Shown: positions 18,715 to 29,214 of the stretch, piece after piece
Layout: the number at the start of each line of letters is the position of its first letter
Position numbering within the stretch: the stretch's first letter is position 1
IMG/VR virus record: IMGVR_UViG_3300032431_000008
Span: 74-64,073 of that record
Strand: one strand, 5' to 3'
Source: a virus
DNA: 64,000 nt
Notes under the pieces: generated by a model
Told to the model about the DNA's origin: nothing
What the model saw: only the letters and a program-made list of their open reading frames with translations
Databases searched by the model: none
Position numbers and translations under genes: made by a program

Positions 18715-18977
18715 GCCTTGACCAAATCCGCAAAATAGAAATCGCCCTTTCGCGTATCCTTTTGGCCCTAGAAGGCGATGACGGGATGGGTCAAGTGGGG
18801 GTGGTGGATAGGGTAAAGAGCGTGGAAGTTATCGTGAATGAGATACAGCAGGAACGGCGCGATGAGGCGAATAAACGGCAAGGAGCAAAGTGGGTGATGG
18901 GGGTAATTGCTACGGTCGGTGGAGCAGTTGGCGGGGTTTTGACTTGGCTTAGCGGCATTTTTAATCATAACGCTTAA
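18711..18977 (+). CDS. Holin-like small membrane protein
   Basis: Coiled coil plus C-terminal TM helix. Confidence 0.45.
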   Translation: MSLDQIRKIEIALSRILLALEGDDGMGQVGVVDRVKSVEVIVNEIQQERRDEANKRQGAKWVMGVIATVGGAVGGVLTWLSGIFNHNA

Positions 18978-18982
18978 CGATT

Positions 18983-19252
18983 ATGGGATGCCCTTTTCGT
19001 AGCTTAGTGCCAATCACGCCAAGGGTGGCGGACCTGAGTTACGCATCTACGCTGAATGATGACAGCGTGGTGAGGTATGAAAACACGGTGCAGTCATACA
19101 CGGCTTCGTGTGTGCCCCCGCTGACTGGAACGCCGGTTACAGTGACGATACCTGCGGGAACTTATGCGTCCTACCAGAGTCAGGCAATAGCCAATGGGCA
19201 GGCTTTGGCAGTGGCGACGCAGCAGGCGGAGGCGGCGTTGGAATGCGTGTAA
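18983..19252 (+). CDS. Single-repeat DUF5977-like virion protein
   Basis: YEN.VQSYTA.C...GTPVTVTIPAGTY.S.QSQ..A...A.....AEAAL.C. Confidence 0.6.
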   Translation: MGCPFRSLVPITPRVADLSYASTLNDDSVVRYENTVQSYTASCVPPLTGTPVTVTIPAGTYASYQSQAIANGQALAVATQQAEAALECV

Positions 19253-19258
19253 AACAAA

Positions 19259-20284
19259 ATGAGCTGTCCATTTAGAAGCGAAGTTCCGGTTACGCCAAGG
19301 ATTGCGCGCCTTGGGTATGCGGCCATGCTTAATCTGGATGCGTCAATGGCGGTAAGGTATGAGAATGCGGTCCAGTCATACACGGCAACATGCGTGGTGC
19401 CGTTTACGGGAACGCCGGTTACAGTGACAATACCTGCCGGAACTTACGTGTCCTACCAGAGTCAGGAGATTGCAGACGCACGGGCCTTGGCGGTGGCGAG
19501 GGAGCAGGCGGAAGCGGCGTTGGTGTGTGTGTTTACGTATTTTAACACTGTTCAGCAATATACGGCAAACTGTTCACCCCCTCTTGTTGGCACGCCAGTT
19601 ACCGTGATAATTGCGGCAGGAACCTATACGTCATTTACGAGTCAGGCGATTGCGAATGCACTGGCTTTGGCCGCTGCGACGAGTCAGGCGGAAGCGGATT
19701 TGGTTTGTGCCTTTGGCAACACCGTTCAGCAATATACGGCTAGTTGCTCTTTCCCTCTTGTTGGTGCGCAAGTTACGACAGTAGTCCCGGCAGGAACCTA
19801 CACCTCATTTATAAGTCAGGCCATTGCCAACGCGGCGGCATTGGCGGCTGCGACGAGTCAGGCGGAGTCAGAGCTACTTTGTGGCCCTCCGTTTTTCCGT
19901 GATATACCTACGTTGACCGTGGCTTTGACAAGTGGCAGCTATAATGAGACAGTGGTGGATGGCGGCGCGTTTGGCCCTGACAGCGGCTCATTGACCGTGG
20001 CTTTGACAAGTGGGAGCTATGCTGAAGTGGTGGTGAATGGCGGTCAGGTCGGCCCTGACAACGGTTCGTTGACCGTGGCGTTGACCAATGGAAGTTATAA
20101 CTTGGTCGTAGTAGATGGCGGTCAGTTCGGCCCCGGTGGCGCGTTTGGCCCTGACAGCGGCTCGCTGACGGTGGCATTGACTGGTGGAAGCTACAATTTC
20201 GTCTTGGTGGATGGCGGCTCGTTTAACCTTGACTCCACTACGTTGTCCGTGTCTCTCACATCTGGCTCTTATGTCCTCGCTTAA
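19259..20284 (+). CDS. Virion protein with three DUF5977-like repeats and GPDSGSLTVALTSGSY repeats
   Basis: Repeats visible in the translation; paralogue of 18983..19252. Confidence 0.65.
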   Translation: MSCPFRSEVPVTPRIARLGYAAMLNLDASMAVRYENAVQSYTATCVVPFTGTPVTVTIPAGTYVSYQSQEIADARALAVAREQAEAALVCVFTYFNTVQQYTANCSPPLVGTPVTVIIAAGTYTSFTSQAIANALALAAATSQAEADLVCAFGNTVQQYTASCSFPLVGAQVTTVVPAGTYTSFISQAIANAAALAAATSQAESELLCGPPFFRDIPTLTVALTSGSYNETVVDGGAFGPDSGSLTVALTSGSYAEVVVNGGQVGPDNGSLTVALTNGSYNLVVVDGGQFGPGGAFGPDSGSLTVALTGGSYNFVLVDGGSFNLDSTTLSVSLTSGSYVLA

Positions 20285-21455
20285 TTCAACTATCTCACAG
20301 TCTGCTTGCGTAAACTACACTGTATCAGTTATTGACTCTGTAACTGGCGAGGAAGTGAAGCGATACCCACGGAAGAGAAACTTGATCCTAGACCAAGGGT
20401 TAAACCAGATTGCAGTAAACTCTTGGGTCCAGTGTTTTGCCGTAGCAGCTTTAGGCACGGGAACGACGCCCACAAATCGCAGGAACGCTTCAATAACCTT
20501 TACCCGTTCGGGCACTACGGTAACGGCATCTGCTGCATTTTTCGTCAACTCGGATGTTGGAACTTTGCTTAAGTTCGACACTGGCGCAGAGATGTATATT
20601 ACGGCGTTCACCTCGGATACCGTTGTCACGGTTGGCGTATCGGGAGCCTTGTCAGCATCACAAGGGACTGTCTGGTTCGTAAATCAGACAGCTCTAATTA
20701 CCGAGACTAAACGTAGCCAAACTTACAGCAATAACGGTGGGGCAAATGGTTCGACTTATGTAGGTGGCATCTACACCCACAAGAGAACATTTGTTTTCTC
20801 GGCGGAGTCCGGCAATATCACGTATAGGGAAATTGGCTGGTCATGGACGGCCACGGTGGGCGCAAACTTATTTGGGCGCGATCTATTTCCGGGTGCTGGG
20901 ATAAGCCTAACCGCTTCGCAGCAACTCCAAGTTATTGTAGAGTTGGCCGTAACCTATTCACCTGTCACCCCTATCTCCTACACAAATGTCATAACAGGTG
21001 GATTTGGGGGTAATGGGAATCAGTGTTTGGAATGGATTATAACGACATCTGTAAATACCAACGGAACAACTGGTAATGATAGTGTAAATAGCGCCAGAAT
21101 GGACCCATACGCCAACAGGCAAACATGCCTATCTACGACTGCTAGTGCTCTGAGAAATGGGTCTCTTGCGAGTAACGATATAGGCAGTCAGACTCAATCA
21201 ACTGACGTAAGTTTAGCAAAAGCTTCTTATACTGCCGGTTCTTTTAGATTCGTAGAAACCGGCGTCCTGGGGATTGCCAATGGAAACAGAAGCGATTGGC
21301 GGTCTATAATTATAGGGAACGTAAACGTAAACAATGGAAATTTAGTAAGCACTTACTTCAGAATCCTGCTAGATGCCTCCGCCACCAAGCTCTCAACCCA
21401 TACGCTTTCACTTACATTCACTATGAATTGGGGAAGGGTGCTGGTTAATGTTTGA
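20271..21455 (+). CDS. Tail fibre/spike-like protein
   Basis: Thr/Ser/Gly/Asn-rich; start refined to ATG 20271. Confidence 0.55.
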   Translation: MSSLNSTISQSACVNYTVSVIDSVTGEEVKRYPRKRNLILDQGLNQIAVNSWVQCFAVAALGTGTTPTNRRNASITFTRSGTTVTASAAFFVNSDVGTLLKFDTGAEMYITAFTSDTVVTVGVSGALSASQGTVWFVNQTALITETKRSQTYSNNGGANGSTYVGGIYTHKRTFVFSAESGNITYREIGWSWTATVGANLFGRDLFPGAGISLTASQQLQVIVELAVTYSPVTPISYTNVITGGFGGNGNQCLEWIITTSVNTNGTTGNDSVNSARMDPYANRQTCLSTTASALRNGSLASNDIGSQTQSTDVSLAKASYTAGSFRFVETGVLGIANGNRSDWRSIIIGNVNVNNGNLVSTYFRILLDASATKLSTHTLSLTFTMNWGRVLVNV

Positions 21456-21769
21456 TGAAAAACAGAATCTACAATCCATTGACCCGGCGAATGGAAGTCG
21501 AGGGGTCGGAGCACCACAAGCCTAGCTTCATCGCCATGGCTAGCAGCTTGCTCGATGCTGCCGTAAACACGGTTAAACGTGTGGCGGACGGGGAAAAGGT
21601 TCTGGCTACGGATGAGGTGCTGGCGGAGCGCAAAGCTACGTGCCTGGAGTGCCCCCAATGGAACCCCCGTGGGTGGGGTGGGCTGGGCAAGTGCGAGGCG
21701 TGTGGGTGCAGCGGGCTAAAGCTTACGCTGGCGGCAAGTCAGTGTCCCCTTGGCAAGTGGGAAAGGTAA
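21455..21769 (+). CDS. Small Cys-rich (CxxC...CxxCGC...CP) protein
   Basis: RKATCLEC...KCEACGC...SQCPLGKW. Confidence 0.75.
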   Translation: MKNRIYNPLTRRMEVEGSEHHKPSFIAMASSLLDAAVNTVKRVADGEKVLATDEVLAERKATCLECPQWNPRGWGGLGKCEACGCSGLKLTLAASQCPLGKWER

Positions 21770-21809
21770 GCCTTGACGTTTAGCTGGGGTTACGGTTTTA
21801 ACCTTACCA

Positions 21810-22154
21810 ATGAAAATGCACGATGTTTCGTATGAGTATGAGTCGCCTAGCTGCCAGATGGCTTCTGATTCCAAGGAAGGCAAGAAGCGCAAAGAGTATC
21901 CATGCCTTTACATTCGAGGGAAAGCTATCCCCAAGCTAGAAGTGGGCGAGGACGGTATGGGGATTGCCACGATCAAGTTTCGCATCCTTGGCTATCGTGA
22001 GCCAACGGACGGCGAGAAGACGCTTGAACTTGAAGTTTACGAAATTGGCGGCGAAGGTGCGACCATGGAAGAGACCGACACTGGCGATGATGAGGCGGAT
22101 GGGCTGGACGAAGCCTTCGACAAGGTTGCCAAGGAGTATGACTATAAGGAATAA
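21810..22154 (+). CDS. Acidic hypothetical protein
   Basis: ORF track; TTGACG upstream at 21773. Confidence 0.7.
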   Translation: MKMHDVSYEYESPSCQMASDSKEGKKRKEYPCLYIRGKAIPKLEVGEDGMGIATIKFRILGYREPTDGEKTLELEVYEIGGEGATMEETDTGDDEADGLDEAFDKVAKEYDYKE

Positions 22155-22160
22155 CAAGTT

Positions 22161-23126
22161 ATGCGCGTATCTCAAATCTATGTGGATGCAATAGAGGCGC
22201 TGGGTAAGTGCGACGAGGCTACGGTATTCCGTCGCTTGTCGGACGCTGTGCGCCTGCTTTCCAACAAGGGGGTGTTTGACCCGACCGTTGCGTTCATGGA
22301 CATATCCATGGGGGTTGACGGGATTCTGACCCTGCCATTTGAGGTAGGGACGGTGCTGGCGGTAAATGCCGGGTGCAGACCGACGCTACTGCGGGACCAA
22401 TGGTTTCAATATCATTTGAATGGGGTGGGGACTGAGATGCACACGGACTGTGGCTACTCGGATGTTCTCGCGCAGAATGTGCCTGTTATCCGGGAGCTTG
22501 AAGCCCCGGTTAAACTGGTGGCTAAGCCTGAGCGCGTCTCGGACAATAACAAGGTGGTGCGGGTGTTTGGCTGGGACAGTAACGGTGCGCGGATATACTC
22601 TGTCGAAGCGGGCGTTACGGTTGACGGGTTCCTTGTGCCGTTGGTGTTTGGGTTTCCTGCGGTCAACGTGAATGCCCCTGCCATTGGCAAGATTGACCGC
22701 GTGCAGAAGGACAAGACCAATGGCTACGTGGAGTTGGTTGGCGTCAACCCCTTGGTGCCCACCACGGAGCTGTATCGTTTAGGCTACTATCAGCCAGTGG
22801 AGACAGACCCCTCGTATCGCCGTTTGCGTGTGTCTGCCCCGAATGGGACTAGGAATGTCCGCATTGCCTACAAGAAGAACGACACCGAGATTCGCAGCCA
22901 AGACGACTGGATTCCTTTGGATAACCGCGAGGCTATCCTACTGGCGATTAAAGCGGTGAAGTTTCGTAATGCCAATAATTTCGAGTTGGCGCTGGCAGCG
23001 GAAACTGAGGCGCAGCGGCTCTTAAATGAAGAGGCTGCATCGCGTAAGCCCGCCACCTCACTTTCTGCGCCACAAGTTATCCGCACGGATGAATGGGATT
23101 CTGGTGCGGAAGGGATGTTTTACTAA
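22161..23126 (+). CDS. Probable head-tail adaptor / tail tube protein A
   Basis: Size and position before the large tail gene. Confidence 0.5.
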   Translation: MRVSQIYVDAIEALGKCDEATVFRRLSDAVRLLSNKGVFDPTVAFMDISMGVDGILTLPFEVGTVLAVNAGCRPTLLRDQWFQYHLNGVGTEMHTDCGYSDVLAQNVPVIRELEAPVKLVAKPERVSDNNKVVRVFGWDSNGARIYSVEAGVTVDGFLVPLVFGFPAVNVNAPAIGKIDRVQKDKTNGYVELVGVNPLVPTTELYRLGYYQPVETDPSYRRLRVSAPNGTRNVRIAYKKNDTEIRSQDDWIPLDNREAILLAIKAVKFRNANNFELALAAETEAQRLLNEEAASRKPATSLSAPQVIRTDEWDSGAEGMFY

Positions 23127-23137
23127 GCTCAATTACT

Positions 23138-25084
23138 ATGCCCGACTCCGGCCAACTAACAGATGGGTCTTCTTCGTTTGTGACGGGGATGGACAGTTAC
23201 TCTCAGCCATTGCAGCTAGAGCCCACGGCCTATGTGGCGGGGCAGAACATCACCTGCCGGGGCGGTATCGCCAAGACTCGTCCAGGCTCTAAGTCATTGC
23301 TGCGTTTACCCGATGGCAATTTGCAGGGGATGGAGCTGTTCAAGCCCACCACGGGCTATGCCTCGATAGTGGCGGTGGTGGATGGGCTGGTCTATGTTTC
23401 GCCGTCACCGTTTATCACTTACACGCAGTTGGATGGGATACAGTTTAGTCCGGTAAGCCGCTTTGTTACTTTCACAAACTGCCTGCAATCAACGTCCTAT
23501 AATAGCCAAGGCGAGATTGTGTTTCTGGATAACCCAAAGGCGATCCTGATAATGCAGGACGGTTTAACCAGAGCGGCGATGTGGGATGGGTCGGTCTCGC
23601 GCCATTTGGACCCTGAGCAATCAGGGGAGGAGATTACGCCGGACGGTAAGGACGAGACGCCCATCGGTCTTTGGTGTGTGTGGAGTAACAATCGCCTATG
23701 GGTGAGCAGGGATAATCAAGTGCTGGCTTCGGACATTGGCAACCCGCTCAAGTTTACCGAGACCCAATATATCAATGAGGCGCGGGCGTTCTATCTGCCG
23801 TCTAGTTGCACGGGTATTGTCGAGACAGTGGACCAAGACGGCATTATCGTGTTCACGCAGAACGAGGGGATTTTCATTCGTAGCTCCATCCAGAATAGGT
23901 TCCAGTGGTTATCTACGCCGGAGTTCCAAAAGACCGTGCTGCCAAATGTGGGGTGTGTGGCTCCCCGGTCTATCGTTATTCAGTATGGGCTAATCTGGTG
24001 GTTTAGTGCCAAAGGTTTAATGTCGTTGAACTCGGCGATTCGTGCCAATGTTTCCTCCAAGCTTTCCATTCAAGATAACGAGATGATGGCGAGCAAGTTT
24101 GCGGTGGGGTCGGACCTGAGCCGGATATGTGGCATAAGCCACGAGAACTACCTGTTGATGAGCGTGCCCTACGGGGACAGCTTCAACACCCATACTTGGG
24201 CATTGGATCAGAACCCATTTACGCAGGAGGGGGGAGACGCCAACTCTTGGGCGTCTTACTGGACTGGCTGGCGTCCCGTAGATTGGGCGAGCGGACAGGT
24301 GTTTTCCGAGGAACGCACCTTCTTTGTGTCCAAGGACTATGATGGGAAGAACCGGGTATGGGAGGCTTTTCTTCAAGAGCCTAGCGACAACGGGACGCCC
24401 ATTGAGTGCTACCTTCAGACCAAGGAATACTCGTTTGGCAATGGGGACCGCAAGCGATTCCAGTATGCTGAAATCTTCGCGTGTGAAATCTATGGGCCGG
24501 TGGAGTTTGGCGTGTTTGTGGCGGCACAGAAGGGTGGGTTCCAGAAGATCATGGAGAAGCGTATCGTGGCGAGTGCCGGGCAGGTCAACTACGGGGTGAG
24601 CTATGGCGGTAATCCCGGCCAGCTTAAGTTTGCGGGTAATAGGCCGCAGTTCCGCACGCTTAAGACGGGTGAGTTGGGTGGTCCCAATGACTGCAACGGG
24701 TGCGGGGTGGAGTCGGACATACCCACGAATATTGACAGGGCGTTTTCGCTTTTGATTGTCTGGCACGGGGCATTGGGGGTAAATGGGATTCGCTTGTTTG
24801 CTTTGCCGGATGCCGAGAATTACGGCGGGGCTTGTGAGGATGACGAGGAAGGGCCGCGCACGCTGTCATTCGACGGGTGCGGATCAAGTGAGTCACTGTT
24901 CGTCCAGACGGGGCCATTTACCGTGGCTAGCTCTACGCAGGCGCGGTGTGTGATACCGGAGGATAGCGTGGTCTCGATATGTGCGGAAGCTACGGTGACG
25001 ACGATTCTAAGCCAGGCTGCTGCGGACAGACTGGCAGGTATAGCCGCGACGCAAAAAGCATCGTGGCTGGTGGAGAACACTTGA
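23138..25084 (+). CDS. Probable tail tube protein B / nozzle (podovirus-type)
   Basis: About 650 aa, beta-rich, NNRLWV...ASDIG and GCVAPRSI patterns. Confidence 0.6.
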   Translation: MPDSGQLTDGSSSFVTGMDSYSQPLQLEPTAYVAGQNITCRGGIAKTRPGSKSLLRLPDGNLQGMELFKPTTGYASIVAVVDGLVYVSPSPFITYTQLDGIQFSPVSRFVTFTNCLQSTSYNSQGEIVFLDNPKAILIMQDGLTRAAMWDGSVSRHLDPEQSGEEITPDGKDETPIGLWCVWSNNRLWVSRDNQVLASDIGNPLKFTETQYINEARAFYLPSSCTGIVETVDQDGIIVFTQNEGIFIRSSIQNRFQWLSTPEFQKTVLPNVGCVAPRSIVIQYGLIWWFSAKGLMSLNSAIRANVSSKLSIQDNEMMASKFAVGSDLSRICGISHENYLLMSVPYGDSFNTHTWALDQNPFTQEGGDANSWASYWTGWRPVDWASGQVFSEERTFFVSKDYDGKNRVWEAFLQEPSDNGTPIECYLQTKEYSFGNGDRKRFQYAEIFACEIYGPVEFGVFVAAQKGGFQKIMEKRIVASAGQVNYGVSYGGNPGQLKFAGNRPQFRTLKTGELGGPNDCNGCGVESDIPTNIDRAFSLLIVWHGALGVNGIRLFALPDAENYGGACEDDEEGPRTLSFDGCGSSESLFVQTGPFTVASSTQARCVIPEDSVVSICAEATVTTILSQAAADRLAGIAATQKASWLVENT

Positions 25085-25117
25085 AATAACCTAGTTTAGC
25101 GTTAATAACCAATTTAC

Positions 25118-26023
25118 ATGAGCAACGTCCTTCCACTTACAATTCGCACAGGTGCACTCCCGCCCAATGCTACATATACTCCGCAGCAGTTCTTGGACGT
25201 GCTGGCGACGGCCTTGCAAATCGAGAGTCAGACACAGTTTGCTTTGTTCGTGTCGGGGGCGGTGGAGCCTGTCTTTAACGCGGGGCCATTCCTGCGTGAC
25301 GGGATTACTTGGCGGGTGTGGAAGGATTCGCTGGGGGCTTATGGCCCGCTGGTGCTGGAGCAGGAGTCGCTACGGTATGCGGTAAGCTTTACCGCACCTG
25401 ACGAGACCAAGTATGACTTCTGGATTAAGTTGGATGGAGCGGGTAAAGGGCAAGGTGTGTTCAAGTATTTTGGTGCGGCGTGGGTGGATGTTTACTCGGA
25501 TATATTCTACTCTAAGGCGCAGATTGACACGGCGATTGCCGGGGCTTTGCCGGTGGGAATGATGTTTCCTTTTGCCGGTGCGGCTGCGCCTACGGGTTAT
25601 TTGTTGTGTAATGGCGCTCCGGTAAGTCGGGTAACTTTCGTGCAATTGTTCAATGTGACGGGCACTACCTATGGAGCCGGTGATTTGCTGACTACTTTTA
25701 ACGTGCCTGACTTGCGCGGGCGCACGCTTGTTGGAGCTGGCGTAGGGGATGCTGTTGACGCTACTACGTGGAATCGCGGGCAGAAATACGGTGCGGAAAC
25801 GGTAGCTCTGACGACGGCGCAAATACCCGCTCATTCCCACGGGGTTAATCAATATGGTGCTAATAGCACGTCTAGCGGCGGTTTCAATAACACGCCTCCG
25901 CAGAACTCAAATAATCAGGTAACAACGCTTTACACTGGTTTCCAGACTACTGAAACTGGCGGCGGTCTAAGCCACGCAAACATACAGCCTTCATTGGGAA
26001 TCAACTACATCATCAAGACCTAA
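25118..26023 (+). CDS. Tail collar domain protein (short fibre)
   Basis: PVGMMFPFAGAAAPTGYLLCNG...YGAGD..TTFNVPDLRGR; C-terminal PSLGINYIIK. Confidence 0.9.
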   Translation: MSNVLPLTIRTGALPPNATYTPQQFLDVLATALQIESQTQFALFVSGAVEPVFNAGPFLRDGITWRVWKDSLGAYGPLVLEQESLRYAVSFTAPDETKYDFWIKLDGAGKGQGVFKYFGAAWVDVYSDIFYSKAQIDTAIAGALPVGMMFPFAGAAAPTGYLLCNGAPVSRVTFVQLFNVTGTTYGAGDLLTTFNVPDLRGRTLVGAGVGDAVDATTWNRGQKYGAETVALTTAQIPAHSHGVNQYGANSTSSGGFNNTPPQNSNNQVTTLYTGFQTTETGGGLSHANIQPSLGINYIIKT

Positions 26024-26868
26024 TGGAGCTGGCTGAAATAACATCCGGCTTAGGGGTAGTGACGGCTAAGCGGGTGGAAGAGGCCATTGATAAGCTCCTA
26101 TTACTGCCGCAAGCCAAGTGCGAGGTGTTGCACCATTTCCCTGAGCCGGGGGTGTATCTGCGCGAGGCGAGGTTTCCGGCTGGTGCGATGGTGATTGGTC
26201 ATCATCAGAACTTTGCGCAGACGAATATCTTTGCGAAGGGGAGGGTGACAATGCTTTTGGACGACGGGACTACCTTGGAGTTAAAGGCACCGATGAGTTA
26301 CCACGGGAAGCCTGGGCGGAAGATTGGGTATATCCATGAGGACGTTGTGTGGTATAACGTCTATCAGACCGATGAGCAGGACATTGAGAAGCTTGAGGCT
26401 TACTACCTGACCAAGCCCGAATCGTTTAACCGGCGTCCTGCGGATGAGCGTAAGTTATTGGCCGCGATCCATGCACAAGGTGATTACCGGGGGATGATAA
26501 TGGACAAGGGGATGGAGCAGGAGGCGATTGACTTGGTGGTGAAGGATGAGAGCGACATGGTGGACATGCCCCACGGGAGCTACAAGTGGCAGCTAGGCTC
26601 GTCGTTAATCCACGGTAAGGGGATAATGGCGACGGCGGACATTGCGGTGGATGAGGAGATAGGGGCGGCAAGGCTGGGTGGTGGCAGGACGCAGCTAGGA
26701 AGGTTCACCAACCACAGTTCTAGGCCCAATGCGAGGTTTCGCTACTTGGACAATGGGGATATTCACCTTTACGCGATAAGCCCCATAGAAGGGCAGCGGG
26801 GGGGTGTTGTCGGGGACGAGATTTTGATTGATTATCGGGAGCCTTTAGCTCAAATCCATAACATATAA
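26023..26868 (+). CDS. Cupin-like domain fused to a SET-domain methyltransferase
   Basis: HHFPEPGVYLRE..FPAG..VIGHH N-terminus; SLIHGKG..ATADI, RFTNHSSRPNA, GDEILIDY C-terminus. Confidence 0.8.
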   Translation: MELAEITSGLGVVTAKRVEEAIDKLLLLPQAKCEVLHHFPEPGVYLREARFPAGAMVIGHHQNFAQTNIFAKGRVTMLLDDGTTLELKAPMSYHGKPGRKIGYIHEDVVWYNVYQTDEQDIEKLEAYYLTKPESFNRRPADERKLLAAIHAQGDYRGMIMDKGMEQEAIDLVVKDESDMVDMPHGSYKWQLGSSLIHGKGIMATADIAVDEEIGAARLGGGRTQLGRFTNHSSRPNARFRYLDNGDIHLYAISPIEGQRGGVVGDEILIDYREPLAQIHNI

Positions 26869-26869
26869 T

Positions 26870-27820
26870 ATGAGCGCAGCAATCACAGCAGCCGTAGTTG
26901 GCGCGGGAATCTCAGCCGCAGGCGCGAGCCGAGCGGCTAGGGCTGGCCGCACAAGGGCGCAGAGCGTGGACATTGATAGGCTCAACACGCAGGCCACGGG
27001 TATAGCCGGGACTAATGCGCGGGCATCTATTGCACTGGAGAATGAGCTGACGCCCGAAGTGGCGCAGTTGCGTAGTGAATCCATCAGGCAGTTGCTTGGC
27101 GATATGGGCGGAGAGGACCAAACCACGGCCCTCCTGCGCGACCGATTTGCGGCTATGCTTAGTGGTGAGGGCGGCGGGGATATATCTCTGCTTAGAGCCG
27201 CGAATAACCGTGCTGCGGAAGACTTGGCGATGGGCAGTGAGATACCCTTGGATGTAAGGAATCAAATGGTAAGGGTGAGTGCGGCCAATGCGGCTAGTGT
27301 GGGCGGGGGTGGGCTAGGACTTGGGCGTGACATTGTTGCGCGAGACCTTGGGCTGAACTCGCTGCAACTGCGTGATAACCGTTTAACCAATGCCCTAGCA
27401 TCTGGTCAGGCTTTTTTTAATGCTGGGCAAGAAGGGCTGGGCAATCAGTTCAATGCGCTATCCGGTCTTGGCAACCTGAGCAATACGGCCTTTGGGCGTC
27501 GGCAGGCATTGGCGACCTTGGGGCAGGCGATTGAGCGGCCACAGGTGGGGCTGTCGCAAGGGAGCATTGCGGATATTTCCGTGGGTAATACCAATGCGAG
27601 CAATGCGTCCATGCAGCAGAACGCGGCGGTGAGGGCGCAGATGTGGAACTCCTTGGGGCAGCTAGGTGGTCAGATGGCTGGGGCTGGGCTGGGTATGTAT
27701 GCGAATCGAGCACCTACGCAGCCATTGTCCACGGTGCGCACGCAGCCAACGGCCTCGTCCTTTGGTGGCTCGTTTAACCAGCCATTGGGATTAAACTACA
27801 ACGCCGGGTTTGGCAGATAA
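26870..27820 (+). CDS. Probable ejection (internal virion) protein
   Basis: Gly/Ala/Gln-rich, GAGISAAGA-type N-terminus, position. Confidence 0.6.
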   Translation: MSAAITAAVVGAGISAAGASRAARAGRTRAQSVDIDRLNTQATGIAGTNARASIALENELTPEVAQLRSESIRQLLGDMGGEDQTTALLRDRFAAMLSGEGGGDISLLRAANNRAAEDLAMGSEIPLDVRNQMVRVSAANAASVGGGGLGLGRDIVARDLGLNSLQLRDNRLTNALASGQAFFNAGQEGLGNQFNALSGLGNLSNTAFGRRQALATLGQAIERPQVGLSQGSIADISVGNTNASNASMQQNAAVRAQMWNSLGQLGGQMAGAGLGMYANRAPTQPLSTVRTQPTASSFGGSFNQPLGLNYNAGFGR

Positions 27821-27834
27821 TTTACATACTTCCC

Positions 27835-29166
27835 ATGGCAACTTTACAAACAGGCTCCGGCCAACTATCGCAGCGCATTGACCCAGGGTTGGTTGACCCG
27901 CGCTTGCTTGCTGCGGACTTTTCGCGCATAGGCCAAGGGATTGAGCAAGGGATGGGGTTGGCGAACAACTTTGCCACGATGAGGGAGAACGCGCAGATGC
28001 GTCCTATCCGTGGTGCGTTGGCTAATTTCGAGTTGGCAAAGGCGGAGGAGTTTGCGGCGCAGGCGGCTAATCGCGGGGCGTTGGCGGATCTGAACATAGC
28101 TGCGTTGGAGGCTGCTCAAGCGCGTATGCCTTTGCAGGATGAGGCTTTTGCGTTTAGGTTGGCTCAAGAACAAGAAGACGCACGAATCAAAGCTATGATT
28201 CCAAGGGTAATTTCCGAAGGCACGAGCACTAGTGGTGGCTTTTTTTCCTCTCCCGATGGCCGTTTTCTTCCGCGTGAAACGATTAGGTCTGGTGAGGCTA
28301 TCGTTAATGGACAGGTAGTTCCTTTTAGCAATGTTGTGAACATGGAGTCGTCAGCGGACGTGCAGAACAGATTGAATTCGGAGGCATTGGACAGACGCGG
28401 TAAGGAGGCTGCTGTTATGTTCAATGAGTCGCGTGCAAGGGTGGGTGACTCTGATCCAAGGACTACCGCTGCTATTCCCGTGCAAGGTCAAGACGCACAA
28501 GGAAACACAACGGTAACATTTTTCAATAATCTTGGTGAAAAATTAGGGACACAGATTACTGGTGTTGTGCCGGTTAGGCCGCTTAGTGCTTTAGACCAGA
28601 GAATAGCTAATCTAATGGCGGGTGAAAACGCAGCAAGTAATCCTACTGGAGCTGGCGGACAGGTGGCAGAATCTCGGCCTAATCCATTCTTAGGTGGTGG
28701 GGGGCAACCTGCTGCTGCCGCGCCTGTCCAGGCTGCTACGGCTATGCCTGTTGTGGCGGAACAATTTGGTGATTTTCGGGATTTCCTACCTAGAACTACG
28801 GTTGGTGCTTCAACTCCTGCTGCGCCCGGTCGGAGTGCTGGCATGACTGCTATTGTGGGCGAAGCGGTTCCTGCTGGTAAGCCTGCTGCGGCTCCATCGC
28901 CATTGGATGCGATAACGAGGAAGCCGACTCAAGCCTCAACGGCTAAGCCTGCTTCACGCGCACAAACGCCTCGGGATAAAGCCGCACAGGCATTTCGTAA
29001 AAGACAGGCCACTGAAACATTGGCTGAAATAAGCAAGCTTGTCGCCGATGGTGGAGCAACGGTTATAAACAGGGACGGCAGCACACGCATTGTCCAGTTG
29101 AGTCCAGCAAGGGCCAAGGAATTGGAGAAGGAACGGTTGGCCGCGATTAAAACGCTGGGACTTTAG
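27835..29166 (+). CDS. Probable ejection protein
   Basis: Low complexity, position. Confidence 0.55.
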   Translation: MATLQTGSGQLSQRIDPGLVDPRLLAADFSRIGQGIEQGMGLANNFATMRENAQMRPIRGALANFELAKAEEFAAQAANRGALADLNIAALEAAQARMPLQDEAFAFRLAQEQEDARIKAMIPRVISEGTSTSGGFFSSPDGRFLPRETIRSGEAIVNGQVVPFSNVVNMESSADVQNRLNSEALDRRGKEAAVMFNESRARVGDSDPRTTAAIPVQGQDAQGNTTVTFFNNLGEKLGTQITGVVPVRPLSALDQRIANLMAGENAASNPTGAGGQVAESRPNPFLGGGGQPAAAAPVQAATAMPVVAEQFGDFRDFLPRTTVGASTPAAPGRSAGMTAIVGEAVPAGKPAAAPSPLDAITRKPTQASTAKPASRAQTPRDKAAQAFRKRQATETLAEISKLVADGGATVINRDGSTRIVQLSPARAKELEKERLAAIKTLGL

Positions 29167-29214
29167 GGTGGACGATGGGCGGGGAAGATGGTTTACTTTG
29201 GTAAAGTAAAAACT

